From contig JAGHVE010000070.1 in assembly GCA_018064445.1 (NCBI GenBank), positions 1 through 60,631 of the forward strand: a stretch of DNA of 60,631 nt, given 5' to 3'. The stretch's first letter is position 1; every line of letters begins with the position of its first letter. A program made the position numbers and the translations under genes. The notes beneath the pieces are model-generated. The model saw only the letters and a program-made list of their open reading frames with translations, made no database searches and had not been told where the DNA came from. Origin of the DNA: Candidatus Cacconaster equifaecalis. Its GTDB lineage: Bacteria > Bacteroidota > Bacteroidia > Bacteroidales > UBA932. Of this stretch, positions 1-10,600 are shown piece after piece.

Positions 1-243
1 TCCGGCGTAATATATTCCGCCGCACCGGCTCTCGAACCTACGTACACGAACTTGCCGTCCTTGACGACGAATGCTTTGGCGATTGACTCCGACCGGTCTG
101 CAGTAAAGATTTCGCCATACACCGCAAGATTCCTGCCTGACAAGGGGTTTTCAGGTCCATCTGATTTCTGGCAGCCGGCAAATGCAACGGTCCCGACAAT
201 GATTATCATCACAAAGGTGAGGAGCTGAAGATTTTTTTTCATC
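1..243 (-). CDS. Partial CDS (first 81 codons, runs off the left edge): lipoprotein, probably an Amidohydrolase_3-type metal-dependent hydrolase
   Basis: Not in the ORF track because it is edge-truncated. Reverse complement from the ATG at 243-241 reads MKKNLQLLTFVMIIIVGTVAFAGCQKSDGPENPLSGRNLAVYGEIFTADRSESIAKAFVVKDGKFVYVGSRAGAAEYITP, open to base 1. It has a signal peptide with a lipobox Cys (FAGC). The VYG-IFT...A-AFVVKDGKFVYVGS pattern resembles the N-terminal strand region of amidohydrolase-3 enzymes (from recall, not searched). Confidence 0.6.
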
Positions 244-267
244 TTGAGAAGCTGTTTGAATTCCATT

Positions 268-275
268 CAAAAATA
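268..275 (-). promoter_or_regulatory. Candidate Bacteroidota -7 promoter box (TATTTTTG on the minus strand) for the partial lipoprotein gene
   Basis: Plus-strand caaaaata is the reverse complement of TATTTTTG, an exact match to TAnnTTTG. It lies 24 nt upstream of the ATG at 243. Confidence 0.35.
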
Positions 276-380
276 ATGAACAATGGCAAGTTACAGAAAA
301 AATTCCGAATCTGCATCATCTTGACCGTTTCGCGATTTATTCGTTAATTTGCATTGGAATGAAAACAATACGGAATTGCT

Positions 381-2480
381 ATGAAATTATACGGACGGAC
401 AATTTTGCTGATACTTTCTCTTCTGTCAGTGTCTCCCATTCGGGCCGGAATCGTCAGGGTCGCTGACAACGGCCTTGTTGTGCGAAGTGTCGATTGCTCT
501 GACGGGCAGTTGCATTCGGCATCTTATCGTCTTGCAGGGTGCGAGGACGGTTTCACGGAGGAAACTTCACGTGAATTCTCTTTTCTGGCGGACGGGAAAC
601 TCTATTCCGGCGACAGCCGGTGGAAGGAGATTGAAGTTTCCACGGACAGCTGCACCGTCATCTCCCTGACAAGTGAGGACGGGCGGCTGAAGGTTGAACT
701 GATATATACAAGTTATCCGGATATTCCTCTCGTCCGCAAGGAGATCAGAATCACCAACGCGGGCAGTGATGACGTCCGCATCGAGGGTGTCAACGTCGAA
801 GATCTGGAACTGACTCTCGACTGCACCCACTCTCAGATATACCGCTCGTACGGACGGTTCCAGGCGCTCGGACCATACCGGGGTGACTGGGACGACCCTC
901 TTGTTGTGGTCCATCACGCGAGGAATCAACGGGGCCTGGCCATAGGCAATGAGACAATCGGCATACTCAAGCGTACGTCCGTCTTCGAGGACGGCAGGAG
1001 CCTGATGGCAGGTACTACAATGCCGGACCAGGATTATCCTTTCCGCCGCTGGCTCGTTCCCGGGCAGAGCTGGACAAGTGCCCCGGTCTTCACTGCTCCA
1101 TACGAAGGTCGTGACTATCAGAGTGTTGTCAGTACTACGGTTCAGGACTATATCCGCAAGTATATGGGAGTGCGTGTCGAACAGATTGCGCACAAGCCGC
1201 TCTTTGTATATAACACCTGGGTGCCGTTCTATCGTGACATCAACGAGACTCTGCTGTTCGAACTCGCAGATGCGGCGGCGCAGTGCGGCATAGAGGAATT
1301 CATCATCGATGACGGTTGGCAGAACGGCAGCGGATCCAGTACGGCGGGAAACAGCGGTGAGGTAAAGATGGATTGGGAGATAGACACTGAAAAATTCCCG
1401 AACGGACTCAAGCCGATATTCGACCATATCAAGAATCTCGGCATGAAACCGGGTATATGGCTGAGCGTGGGAAGGCTCGACAGGAACAGTGAGACTGTGC
1501 AGAACCATCCTGAATGGACAGTACGTGATGCATCCGGCCGCATCACCGCCCTTCATACGGGCAGCGGCGGCAATGTAACCGCCTGTATGGGCACTGAATG
1601 GTGCGACTATATCAAGGATATCATTCTCCATAATGTCAAGGCATACGGGATTCAATACGTGAAACTCGACCTTGCGATAGTGACCAGCGCATACGTCTAC
1701 GATTCTGATCATACCGGTTGCTATGCCACCGATCACAAATATCACCGTGACCACGAGGAGTCATACGACGTCATCTATGAAAAGTGTATGAAGATGTTCG
1801 ACGATCTTCACGAGGAAGCGCCGGACCTCTTCATCGACTGCACTTTCGAGACTGCCGGCAAACTCCAGCTGATGGACTACGGCATCGCAAAGCACGCGGA
1901 AGGGAACTGGCTTGCAAACGTCGAGGAAGAGTCTCCTGCAGGAGCATTGCGGGTGAGAGAACTCGGGTGGGTGCGAAGCCCGGCGCTTCCTGCAACATCT
2001 CTCGTAATAGGGAATCAGCGCCTGGATCAGCCGCTGCACCTTCTGGCCTACAAATCCCTGACAGGTACACTTCCAATTATGCTGGGAGACCCCCGCAAAC
2101 TCAGCAGGGAGGAACGCGCGGAATTCCGGGCCTGGTCATCGTGGGTCAAGTCCCTTGAAAAGAGACACGGCATAATGTCATTCCGTCAGGACCTGCCCGG
2201 ATCCGGCATGCCGCGGGTGGGTGGTTGGGACGGCTTCTGCCGCATCAATTCCGAAACCCGCAGCGGAGGCCTTGTGGGTGTCTTCCGGGAGGGGGCATCC
2301 GAAACGACGCGTACCGTCACTGTGCGGTATCTCGACCCTGAAGCGTCATATAGTGTAAAACAGGGCCCCGACGGCCGTGAAATAGCGCGGATGACAGGAG
2401 CTGAACTTGAAAATAAAGGCTTCAGCGTCACCCTCGAAGAGGAGTTTTCAGGTGAACTGTTTGAAATCGACAGACAATAA
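381..2480 (+). CDS. Secreted GH36-family alpha-galactosidase
   Basis: 699-aa ORF with an ATG start and a signal peptide (MKLYGRTILLILSLLSVSPIRAG). It carries the GH36 core pattern EEFIIDDGWQ...W.IDTEKFPNGLKPIFDHIKNLGMKPGIWLS...HPEW and a YVKLD nucleophile-type motif. Confidence 0.85.
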   Translation: MKLYGRTILLILSLLSVSPIRAGIVRVADNGLVVRSVDCSDGQLHSASYRLAGCEDGFTEETSREFSFLADGKLYSGDSRWKEIEVSTDSCTVISLTSEDGRLKVELIYTSYPDIPLVRKEIRITNAGSDDVRIEGVNVEDLELTLDCTHSQIYRSYGRFQALGPYRGDWDDPLVVVHHARNQRGLAIGNETIGILKRTSVFEDGRSLMAGTTMPDQDYPFRRWLVPGQSWTSAPVFTAPYEGRDYQSVVSTTVQDYIRKYMGVRVEQIAHKPLFVYNTWVPFYRDINETLLFELADAAAQCGIEEFIIDDGWQNGSGSSTAGNSGEVKMDWEIDTEKFPNGLKPIFDHIKNLGMKPGIWLSVGRLDRNSETVQNHPEWTVRDASGRITALHTGSGGNVTACMGTEWCDYIKDIILHNVKAYGIQYVKLDLAIVTSAYVYDSDHTGCYATDHKYHRDHEESYDVIYEKCMKMFDDLHEEAPDLFIDCTFETAGKLQLMDYGIAKHAEGNWLANVEEESPAGALRVRELGWVRSPALPATSLVIGNQRLDQPLHLLAYKSLTGTLPIMLGDPRKLSREERAEFRAWSSWVKSLEKRHGIMSFRQDLPGSGMPRVGGWDGFCRINSETRSGGLVGVFREGASETTRTVTVRYLDPEASYSVKQGPDGREIARMTGAELENKGFSVTLEEEFSGELFEIDRQ

Positions 2481-2497
2481 ACAAAAGGATTCGAGAT

Positions 2498-4048
2498 ATG
2501 AGACTTACCGGAATACTTTCTACGGCATTCGCCGCTGTTTTGCTTCTGATTCCTTCCGAGGCTTCTGCATTCGACTGGAAGCCGCAGTCCAATGAAGAAC
2601 TCAAGGGGGATATGATGGAATATGCACGCCATTTTGCAGATTCCTGCAAAGGAGAAAAAGCCGAGCGGATTGTCAGGAAACTGCTGAAGAAGCAGGCCAA
2701 GGCAAAAGAGCCCTATTCCTGGATAGCCGACACGCACAAGGCGGTCAGTGATTTGAAGAAAGAATACGGTCCTGAAATCGCTATTGCCGGTACAGATAAC
2801 AAGAGGGCCGACATCAGGAGATACACCCTGCAACTACTGGATTATCCCTTGCACGTGGACGACAGGGGAGCGGATACCCCCAAGGAGATGAAAGATGCGT
2901 ACGAGGCGGCCAAACAGACATATCTCGCAGGTGCACGCAAGTCCGCATTGCAGTGGCTGTACGGGCCGAAGCCGGAACCGGGGACCCTCGAGGTGTTCAA
3001 GATATACAATATGGGTTTCGGTTTCCGCACATCGGAACATACCGTACTGATAGACGTGCGATGGGACGGGACTCCTCAGGAAGCTGAAATTCTAGCCGGC
3101 GGGTCCGACCTGTTTCTTCTTACGCATCCTCACGTGGACCACTATTCCAAGAGCATACTTGAGGCCTTCGCAAAGAAGGACAAGCCGATGATACTTCCTT
3201 CGGACGTATTGCCGGAATATACTGGCGGCGGCAAGCATATCGTCAATGAAGCGGCGGATGCCGTGGATTTCGGAGGTGTCAAATTGAACATATTTCCCGG
3301 CAATCAGGGCAAAAATGTTCCCAACAATGTCTATATCATCGAGATTGACGGATGGAGAATACTTCATCAGGGGGACAATGCCGATTTGGAGCAGCAGGCC
3401 AGAGTTTCGGAATATCCGGCCTGCGACATAGTTGTCGGTTCCACCTGGAACGGAGTCCAGACACTTCTTGAGATGGCGATGTCCGCAGAGGGAGGGTGTA
3501 CGCCTGTGCTGATTCCTGCACACGAGAATGAACTTACACAGCACGGTGTGGACCACCGCGAATCCTACCGCGAGATGTTCAACCGCCGTGACAGGCTCGG
3601 CAATCCCGATTTTGATTATCCTCCGTATCTGCTTATGGATATCGGAGAGTGTGTAAAGTTCTCTGTCAGGAACTTCGAATTTCCAGAGGCTGACATCCAG
3701 TATGTCGGTGACGGTTATGGCCGTATCCGCAGGGATCAGTGCACCTATTCCATCAGCAGGCTTGTCCCGAAGAATACGGAAATAATGACATACAGCAATA
3801 TCTATGATTATATCAATGGCAGGGTACCGGGGGTGATTGTAAAGCCCGACGGCTCCATTCTGATAAGGGGCATCAGCTCCGTCAACAGCTCGACGGATCC
3901 TCTCATATTGGTTGACGGGGTTGAGATACGGGACCTGTCAATTATCAACCCGATGGATGTCGAGAGCATAGACGTATTGAAAGACGCCTCCGCATCCATT
4001 TATGGAGTCAGAGGCGCCAACGGGGTGATTATCATCAAGTTGAAGTAA
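2498..4048 (+). CDS. Secreted MBL-fold metallo-hydrolase with a C-terminal TonB-dependent-receptor Plug-like segment
   Basis: 516-aa ORF starting 18 nt after the GH36 stop, with a signal peptide ending SEASA. The HxHxDH motif (HPHVDH) is at nt 3125-3142, followed by ILHQGDN and IPAHENE motifs. The last ~85 aa (INGRVPGVIVKPDGSILIRGISSVNSSTDPLILVDGVEIRDLSIINPMDVESIDVLKDASASIYGVRGANGVIIIKLK) match the conserved start of SusC/TonB receptor plugs. Confidence 0.75.
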   Translation: MRLTGILSTAFAAVLLLIPSEASAFDWKPQSNEELKGDMMEYARHFADSCKGEKAERIVRKLLKKQAKAKEPYSWIADTHKAVSDLKKEYGPEIAIAGTDNKRADIRRYTLQLLDYPLHVDDRGADTPKEMKDAYEAAKQTYLAGARKSALQWLYGPKPEPGTLEVFKIYNMGFGFRTSEHTVLIDVRWDGTPQEAEILAGGSDLFLLTHPHVDHYSKSILEAFAKKDKPMILPSDVLPEYTGGGKHIVNEAADAVDFGGVKLNIFPGNQGKNVPNNVYIIEIDGWRILHQGDNADLEQQARVSEYPACDIVVGSTWNGVQTLLEMAMSAEGGCTPVLIPAHENELTQHGVDHRESYREMFNRRDRLGNPDFDYPPYLLMDIGECVKFSVRNFEFPEADIQYVGDGYGRIRRDQCTYSISRLVPKNTEIMTYSNIYDYINGRVPGVIVKPDGSILIRGISSVNSSTDPLILVDGVEIRDLSIINPMDVESIDVLKDASASIYGVRGANGVIIIKLK

Positions 4049-4057
4049 CCGGGCTTC

Positions 4058-5359
4058 TTAGTAGACGGTCACGGATTTAAGCATCGGCTTTGCGAATGCA
4101 TCCGTGACGGTCACCCTGATTTTCGATGCGTTGACCGGGGATGAGAACTGTAACATACGCTTGTGGCCTACCGTCGTACCGGATGCCACCTGTTGCCAGT
4201 TGTCACCGACAAGTGCTTCAACCGTGAATGCCTTGATTTTCTGACCGTACTTTATCTCTTCCTGGAGTACGATGCACTTTGAAGGTTCCTTTACTTTCAG
4301 GACGGCTTTCCGGGACTTGCCCGTGCAACTTGCAAGGGGCTTTGCGAAATAGGCGTCTCTGGCAGCCTTGAATTCCATCAGACGGACAGAATCGGCGTAG
4401 GGGATGAGCCCTCGCTGGTCCGGCGTCACATTGAGAATCAGATTGCTGCCCCGTCCCACCGAGCTGAACCATATTTCCATCAGTTCGTCCAGGCTCTTCA
4501 GGGTGGATTCGTTTGTTGTGGTATAGAACCAGTCGGCACGGATGGGGACGTCAACCTCTCCCGGAATCCACTCGGCTCCGTCACTCTGGCCGGTGTTCAG
4601 AATCTCCTGCGACGGGGCCTGCTTGCCGGGTGCGAAGCCTTCCACGTCAAGACGGCACCAGTTCGTCTCGCCGGCGTAGCCGCTTTCATTGCCAATCCAT
4701 CTGCAGCCGGGGCCTACGTCGCTGAAAATCACGGCGTGCGGGCTGTTGTCATACACGGCTTTATGGAAGAGGGGCCAGTCATAGTCCGGAATGTCGGCAC
4801 CTCCGTTGGCACCGTCGAACCACTGCTCGAAGAAGGGACCGTAATTCTTGTGCACTTCCTCGATTGTCCCTGCAAAAATCCGGTTGTACTCCTCCGTTCC
4901 GTATGCGGGGTGGTTTCTGTCCCAGGGGGAGATATAGACTCCCATAGGGAAATCGTATTTGTCGCAGGCATCGCGCAGCTCTTTCACCACGTCACCCTTG
5001 CCGTCACGCCAGGCACTCTGGGCGACCGTATGGGTGCTGTATTTGCTGGGCCACAGACAGAATCCGTCGTGGTGTTTCGCCGTGAGGATTATGCCCTTCA
5101 TTCCGGCTTCCTTTGCCGTCCGGACCCACTGCCCGCAGTCGAGTTCCGTGGGATTGAAGATGTCCGGGTTTTCATTGCCGAGACCCCATTGGAGTCCGGA
5201 GAAGGTGTTCGGTCCGAAATGACAGAACATATAATATTCCATATCGGCCCAGGCGAGCTGGTCGTCTGTCGGCAGCGGGCCGTAAGTCTTTTCCGTGCAG
5301 GATGTGACGGTCAAGGTGCTGAATACGGCCAACGCCGCCAATAATTTTTTATGTTTCAT
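4058..5359 (-). CDS. GH29 alpha-L-fucosidase lipoprotein with a C-terminal F5/8 type C-like domain
   Basis: 433 aa. It has a lipoprotein signal (TLTVTSC) and the GH29 core motifs FGPNTFSG, GMKGIILTAKHHDGFCLWPSKYS and YISPWDRN. The C-terminal ~100 aa look like a beta-sandwich domain. Confidence 0.9.
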   Translation of the reverse strand: MKHKKLLAALAVFSTLTVTSCTEKTYGPLPTDDQLAWADMEYYMFCHFGPNTFSGLQWGLGNENPDIFNPTELDCGQWVRTAKEAGMKGIILTAKHHDGFCLWPSKYSTHTVAQSAWRDGKGDVVKELRDACDKYDFPMGVYISPWDRNHPAYGTEEYNRIFAGTIEEVHKNYGPFFEQWFDGANGGADIPDYDWPLFHKAVYDNSPHAVIFSDVGPGCRWIGNESGYAGETNWCRLDVEGFAPGKQAPSQEILNTGQSDGAEWIPGEVDVPIRADWFYTTTNESTLKSLDELMEIWFSSVGRGSNLILNVTPDQRGLIPYADSVRLMEFKAARDAYFAKPLASCTGKSRKAVLKVKEPSKCIVLQEEIKYGQKIKAFTVEALVGDNWQQVASGTTVGHKRMLQFSSPVNASKIRVTVTDAFAKPMLKSVTVY

Positions 5360-5366
5360 ATTGTTG

Positions 5367-6095
5367 TCAGTATATAAGATTGAAGGTCAGGGCGGCGAAA
5401 GCGGCTCCCAGGAGCGGGCCCACAACCGGAATCCAGGCATATCCCCAGCCGCAGGAAACCTTTTCCCTGCGTGAGACAAGAGAGAAAAGGCATCGGGGCG
5501 GGAAGTCCCTGGCTGGGTTGATGGCATATCCGGTGGTGCTGCCCAGAGACATACCTATCGACATTATCAGCATCGTCACGGGGAATGCCCCTGACGCGCC
5601 GAGACCGGTTGCGGCTGTGTTCTCGGGCAGAGAGAAGGCCATTATGCAGAATACCAGAAGCCAGGAGGCGAGGAACTCGCAGAACAGATTCCGGCAATTG
5701 TTCGGGATTGCAGGCATCGTGCAGAATGTTCCCAGCCTGACATTGCTGTCAGGGGTGGCATCATAATGATCCTTGTAGAAGACATAGACGAGAGCGGCGC
5801 CTGTGAAACCGCCGAGCAGTTGTGCAATGACGTATGGAAGAACCGCGTTCCAGGCGAACTTGCCGGCGATGGCAAGACCGACGGTCAGGGCGGGGTTGAG
5901 ATGAGCCCCGGAGTAGGGACCTGCGATGAAGACGCCGCACATGACGGCGAATCCCCATCCGAGAGTAATCACGACCCATCCGCCACCGTGTCCCTTGGTT
6001 TTTTCAAGGGAATTTGCAGCGCATACGCCGTCACCGAGCAGTACCAGGACCAAAGTCCCGAGAAACTCGAAAAAACATTTCATCAATAGTGACAT
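5367..6095 (-). CDS. glpF: MIP-family glycerol uptake facilitator (aquaglyceroporin)
   Basis: Two NPA boxes are present (HLNPALT and INPARDF). I trimmed the ORF-track start (6215) to the ATG at 6095 (MSLLMKCFFEFLGT) because the longer form overlaps the glpK 3' end; an alternative ATG lies at 6083. Confidence 0.9.
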   Translation of the reverse strand: MSLLMKCFFEFLGTLVLVLLGDGVCAANSLEKTKGHGGGWVVITLGWGFAVMCGVFIAGPYSGAHLNPALTVGLAIAGKFAWNAVLPYVIAQLLGGFTGAALVYVFYKDHYDATPDSNVRLGTFCTMPAIPNNCRNLFCEFLASWLLVFCIMAFSLPENTAATGLGASGAFPVTMLIMSIGMSLGSTTGYAINPARDFPPRCLFSLVSRREKVSCGWGYAWIPVVGPLLGAAFAALTFNLIY

Positions 6096-6112
6096 ATCTG
6101 TAAAGGTATAGG

Positions 6113-7591
6113 TTATTTCGTTAGAGTTCTTCTGACTGCATCGTGCCAGGCTTCTTTCGCTTCTGCGATTTTCTCCGCCGGAGCTTTCGGAGTGAACACG
6201 CGGTCGGTCTGCCACTGTTTCCTCTCTTCCTCAAGCCCGCTCCAGAAGCCGACGGCGATTCCGGCCAGATATGCGGCGCCAAGAGCGGTTGTTTCCGTCA
6301 CTCTGGGGCGTATCACGTCAACTCCGAGGAGGTCGGACTGGAACTGCATCAGCAGATTGTTCCGGGATGCGCCGCCGTCCACTTTCAATTCCTTCAGGTC
6401 GATTCCGGCATCCTTTCTCATAGCCTCGACGATGTCCATCGTCTGGAACGCGATGCCTTCAAGAGCCGCCCTTGCTATGTGGGCAGCAGTCGTTCCACGG
6501 GTCAGACCGACAATGGTCCCTTTTGCGTACTGGTCCCAATAGGGGGCACCGAGACCTGTCAGGGCGGGCACGAAGCAGACTCCGGCGGAATCTTCCACGC
6601 TGGCTGCAAGTGCCTCTATTTCGGATGAGAACCGGATGATTCCCAGACCGTCACGCAGCCATTGCACAACGCTTCCTGCAACGAAAATGCTGCCTTCGAG
6701 GGCATAGTTCACGGTATCTCCAATCTTCCAGGCGACTGTTGTCAGCAGATTGTTCCTGGAGACAACCGGTTTTGTGCCTGTATTCATCAGCAGGAAGCAT
6801 CCTGTCCCGTAAGTGTTTTTCACCATTCCGCTTTCAGTGCACATCTGCCCGAACAGGGCGGACTGCTGGTCTCCGGCTATTCCGGCGATGGGAATCTCTC
6901 CGCCCAGAAGGGAGGTGGTGCCGTAGATTTCGCTTGACGAACAAACCCGGGGAAGCATCGATTCGGGAATCCCGAAGAGGTCGAGCAACTCCTTGTCCCA
7001 TTCGAGGCTCTTGATATTGAACAGCATAGTCCTGGAGGCATTGGTCACGTCGGTGACGTGGACCTTTCCGCCTGTGAGGTTCCATATCAGCCAGCTGTCA
7101 ACGGTTCCGAAACGGAGCTCGCCATTCCCGGCTTTCCGCTTCGCTCCCGGCACGTTTTCCAGAATCCATCTGATTTTCGAGGCGCTGAAATAAGCGTCGA
7201 TAATCAATCCTGTCTTTTCACGTATTCTGTCGGTGTATCCGGCGGCTTTCAGTCCGTCACAATATTCCGAGGTGCGGCGGTCCTGCCATACGATGGCGTT
7301 ATATACCGGGTTGCCGGTTGCGGCATCCCATACGACCGTGGTCTCCCTCTGATTGGTGATTCCGATTGCGGCAATCTCTGCCGAAGTGGCTCCAAGGCCG
7401 GTGACAGCCTCTTTGAGTACCGAAAGTTCCGATGACCAGATGTCCATCGGGTTGTGCTCGACCCAGCCCGGTTTCGGGAAATGCTGGGTGAATTCCTTCT
7501 GGCAAACGGAAACCGGATTGCCGTTGTGGTCGAAGACGATTGCCCTGGAACTGCTTGTTCCCTGGTCGATGGCAAGAATGTATCTTTTCAT
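6113..7591 (-). CDS. glpK: Glycerol kinase
   Basis: 492-aa FGGY-family kinase with the typical GlpK N-terminus [18 protein letters not shown], plus [10 protein letters not shown] and [10 protein letters not shown] motifs. Confidence 0.97.
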   Translation of the reverse strand: MKRYILAIDQGTSSSRAIVFDHNGNPVSVCQKEFTQHFPKPGWVEHNPMDIWSSELSVLKEAVTGLGATSAEIAAIGITNQRETTVVWDAATGNPVYNAIVWQDRRTSEYCDGLKAAGYTDRIREKTGLIIDAYFSASKIRWILENVPGAKRKAGNGELRFGTVDSWLIWNLTGGKVHVTDVTNASRTMLFNIKSLEWDKELLDLFGIPESMLPRVCSSSEIYGTTSLLGGEIPIAGIAGDQQSALFGQMCTESGMVKNTYGTGCFLLMNTGTKPVVSRNNLLTTVAWKIGDTVNYALEGSIFVAGSVVQWLRDGLGIIRFSSEIEALAASVEDSAGVCFVPALTGLGAPYWDQYAKGTIVGLTRGTTAAHIARAALEGIAFQTMDIVEAMRKDAGIDLKELKVDGGASRNNLLMQFQSDLLGVDVIRPRVTETTALGAAYLAGIAVGFWSGLEEERKQWQTDRVFTPKAPAEKIAEAKEAWHDAVRRTLTK

Positions 7592-7613
7592 AATGTTTGG
7601 GTTATTCTCTATT

Positions 7614-7621
7614 CAAAATTA
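7614..7621 (-). promoter_or_regulatory. Candidate -7 promoter box (TAATTTTG on the minus strand) upstream of glpK
   Basis: Plus-strand caaaatta is the reverse complement of TAATTTTG, an exact TAnnTTTG match. It lies 22 nt upstream of the glpK ATG at 7591. Confidence 0.4.
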
Positions 7622-7677
7622 ACGAATTCCGATGAAAAAGGAAAATTTCGTATTTTTACAGAAAATATATACCTGAT

Positions 7678-10600
7678 ATGAAACGTATTGTTCTGACTCT
7701 GATTGCGGCTGTTTCGGCCCTGACATCTTTTGCATCAAATGCTTCGGGAGACATTACCCCGCTGTGGCTCCGTGACGTGATGATATCGCCTGACGGGACG
7801 AAGATAGCTTTCTGCTACAAAGGTGACATCTGGACGGTCCCGGCGGCAGGTGGCCGGGCGCAGCGCCTGACCGCTCAGGAGAGTTATGAAGCCAATCCTG
7901 TCTGGAGTCCGGACGGTTCCGGAATCGCTTTCGCAAGCGACCGTTACGGCAGATATGACATATTCGTGATGTCTTCCGAAGGGGGAAGCGCGACACGTCT
8001 GACTTTCAATTCGGCTGCGGAGATACCCTCCGCTTTCACACCTGACGGCAGCAAGGTGCTTTTCAGCGCATCGATACAGGATCCTGCCGAAAGTGCATTG
8101 TTCCCCTCTGCCGCAATGACTGAACTGTATGCGGTTCCCGTAGCAGGAGGAAAGGTGGAACAGATTCTGGGGACCCCTGCGGAAATGGTCTGCTGGAGTC
8201 CTGACGGGAAGTTCTTCCTCTATCAGGACCGCAAGGGCGGGGAAGACGAGTGGCGCAAGCACCACACATCTTCCATTACCCGCGACATCTGGCGCTATGA
8301 CGTCAAGTCACGCAAACACACAAATCTTACAAACCGTCCCGGTGAGGACCGGAATCCCGTCCTGTCCTCCGACGGCAAGTCAGCATATATCCTCAGTGAA
8401 GCCGAAGGCGGTTCCATCAACGTCTGGTCGATGCCTCTCGACGGCAACAAGGCGGGCTGGAAGCAGATAACCTCTTTCGACACGCACCCGGTCCGTTTCC
8501 TTTCCCGCGGGGGCAATACTCTCTGTTTCACCTGGGACGGTGAAATATACACAATGGTTCCCGGACAGAAGCCTTCGAAGGTCGCCATCAGCCTGACGCT
8601 CGACGAGGAAAACATACCCGAGAAAAGTCACGTCACTTCCGGGGCGACAAGTTCCTCCGTAAGTCCTGACGGCAAGCATGTTGCCTTCATTGTACGCGGA
8701 GACGTCTTCGTGACCTCCGTCGAATACAAGACCACGAAGAGAGTGACCTGCACTGCGGCTGCGGAGAGGGGAGTGGATTTCGGAAAGGACAACCGCAGCA
8801 TTGCCTATTCCAGCGAACGTGACGGTATTTCTCAACTTTATATTGCGCGGATAGGACGTGAATCGGACCCGGATTTTCCCAATGCGACGGTCATTGAAGA
8901 GGAATGGGTCCTTCCCGATCTGAACGTCGAGAGGTCATACCCTTCCTTCTCTCCCGACGGAAAGGAACTTGCATTCATCGAGAACCGCTCCCATCTGAAG
9001 GTGGTGGACCTTGCCACCAGGGCGGTGCGGGAAGTGACCGACGGCTCCTTCTGGTACAGCAGGTCCGGCGGATTCTCATACGAGTGGAGTCCTGACGGGA
9101 AATGGTTCGTCATCGAATATACCGCAAACGGACACGAGCCCTACAACGATTTCGGCATCGTCAGCGCTCAGGGCGGAGAGATAACCAATATTACAGAGAG
9201 CGGCTATATGTCCGACGGTGCACGCTGGGTGATGGACGGCAACGCCATCCTGTTCAGAAGTGAAATCTACGGTATGAGGGCGCACGCCTCCTGGGGTTCT
9301 CAGGACGATATTTTCCTCTGTTTCCTCAATCAGGACGCATACGACAGATACCGTCTCTCCGAGGAGGATTACGCACTCCGCAAGGAGATGGAAAAGGACA
9401 AAAAGAAAGATAAGACTGATACCCTGTCAATCAAAGTGGAACCGGATGGCATAAGGGACAGGATTGTCCGCCTCACTCCGCACAGCGGCAACCTCGGCGA
9501 CGCAATACTGAGCAAGGACGGCGGTACCCTGTGGTATCTTGCCTCATTTGAAGGAGGAATGGACCTCTGGAAGACGGACCTTCGCAAGAAAGAGACAAAA
9601 CTTGTATCGAAGGGCGCCGGAAGCGGTCGTTTCGCCACAGACGGGAAAGGCAAAACCATATTCCTGCTCGGCAGCGGTTTCAAGAAACTTGACGGAGAAA
9701 AGTTCAAGAACATCAGTTTCGATGCCGAACTGAAAGTGGATCACGCCGCGGAACGCGAATATATGTTCAATTATGTCTGCAGGGAGGAGCAGCAGAGATT
9801 CTATACCGCCGATATGCACGGAGTTGACTGGGATGCAATGACGCAGGCATACCGAAAGTTCCTGCCGCATATCTCCAACAATTACGATTTTGCGGAACTT
9901 CTCAGCGAGTGGCTTGGTGAGCTCAACGTATCCCATACGGGAGGCCGTTACTATCCCACCGGTGCCGTTGAAAACACGGCATCCCTCGGACTGCTCTTTG
10001 ACCTTGGATGGAAAGGTGCGGGACTCAAGGTTGAGGAAGTGGTGAAAGGCGGGCCGTTCGACCACGCGGATCTCGGCCTCAAAGCCGGTGACGTGATAAA
10101 GAGCATAAACGGCGTTGAAGTCACCCCCGAACAGGACGAAAGCATTCTTCTGGCCGGACAGGCTGGCAGGAAGACTCTCGTCACCTGTACCGACGGCAGG
10201 GAGTATGTGGTTCTGCCGGTAAGCAGTTCAAAGATGAACGACCTGCTCTATGACCGTTGGGTGAAACAGCGTGCGGCGGATGTCGAGAAGTGGTCGAAGG
10301 GCCGTCTGGGATATGTGCATATCCGCTCTATGAACGACGGCAGTTTCCGCCCTATGTATTCCGATGTTCTGGGCAAATACAACAAGTGTGAAGGCATCGT
10401 GATTGACACCCGTTTCAACGGTGGAGGAAGGATGCACGAAGACATCGAAATCCTGTTCAGCGGACAGAAATATCTCACGCAGGTCATCAGGGGTCGGGAG
10501 AGTTGCGATATGCCGAGCCGCAGATGGAACAAGCCGAGCATTATGATTCAGTGCGAGGCCAACTACAGCAATGCGCACGGAACTCCCTGGGTTTACAGCC

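Noticed and set aside
567-1754. 395-aa ORF on the minus strand
   Set aside because: It lies entirely antisense to the well-supported GH36 gene and has no recognisable motifs and a low-complexity, Arg-rich composition. It looks like a typical shadow ORF.
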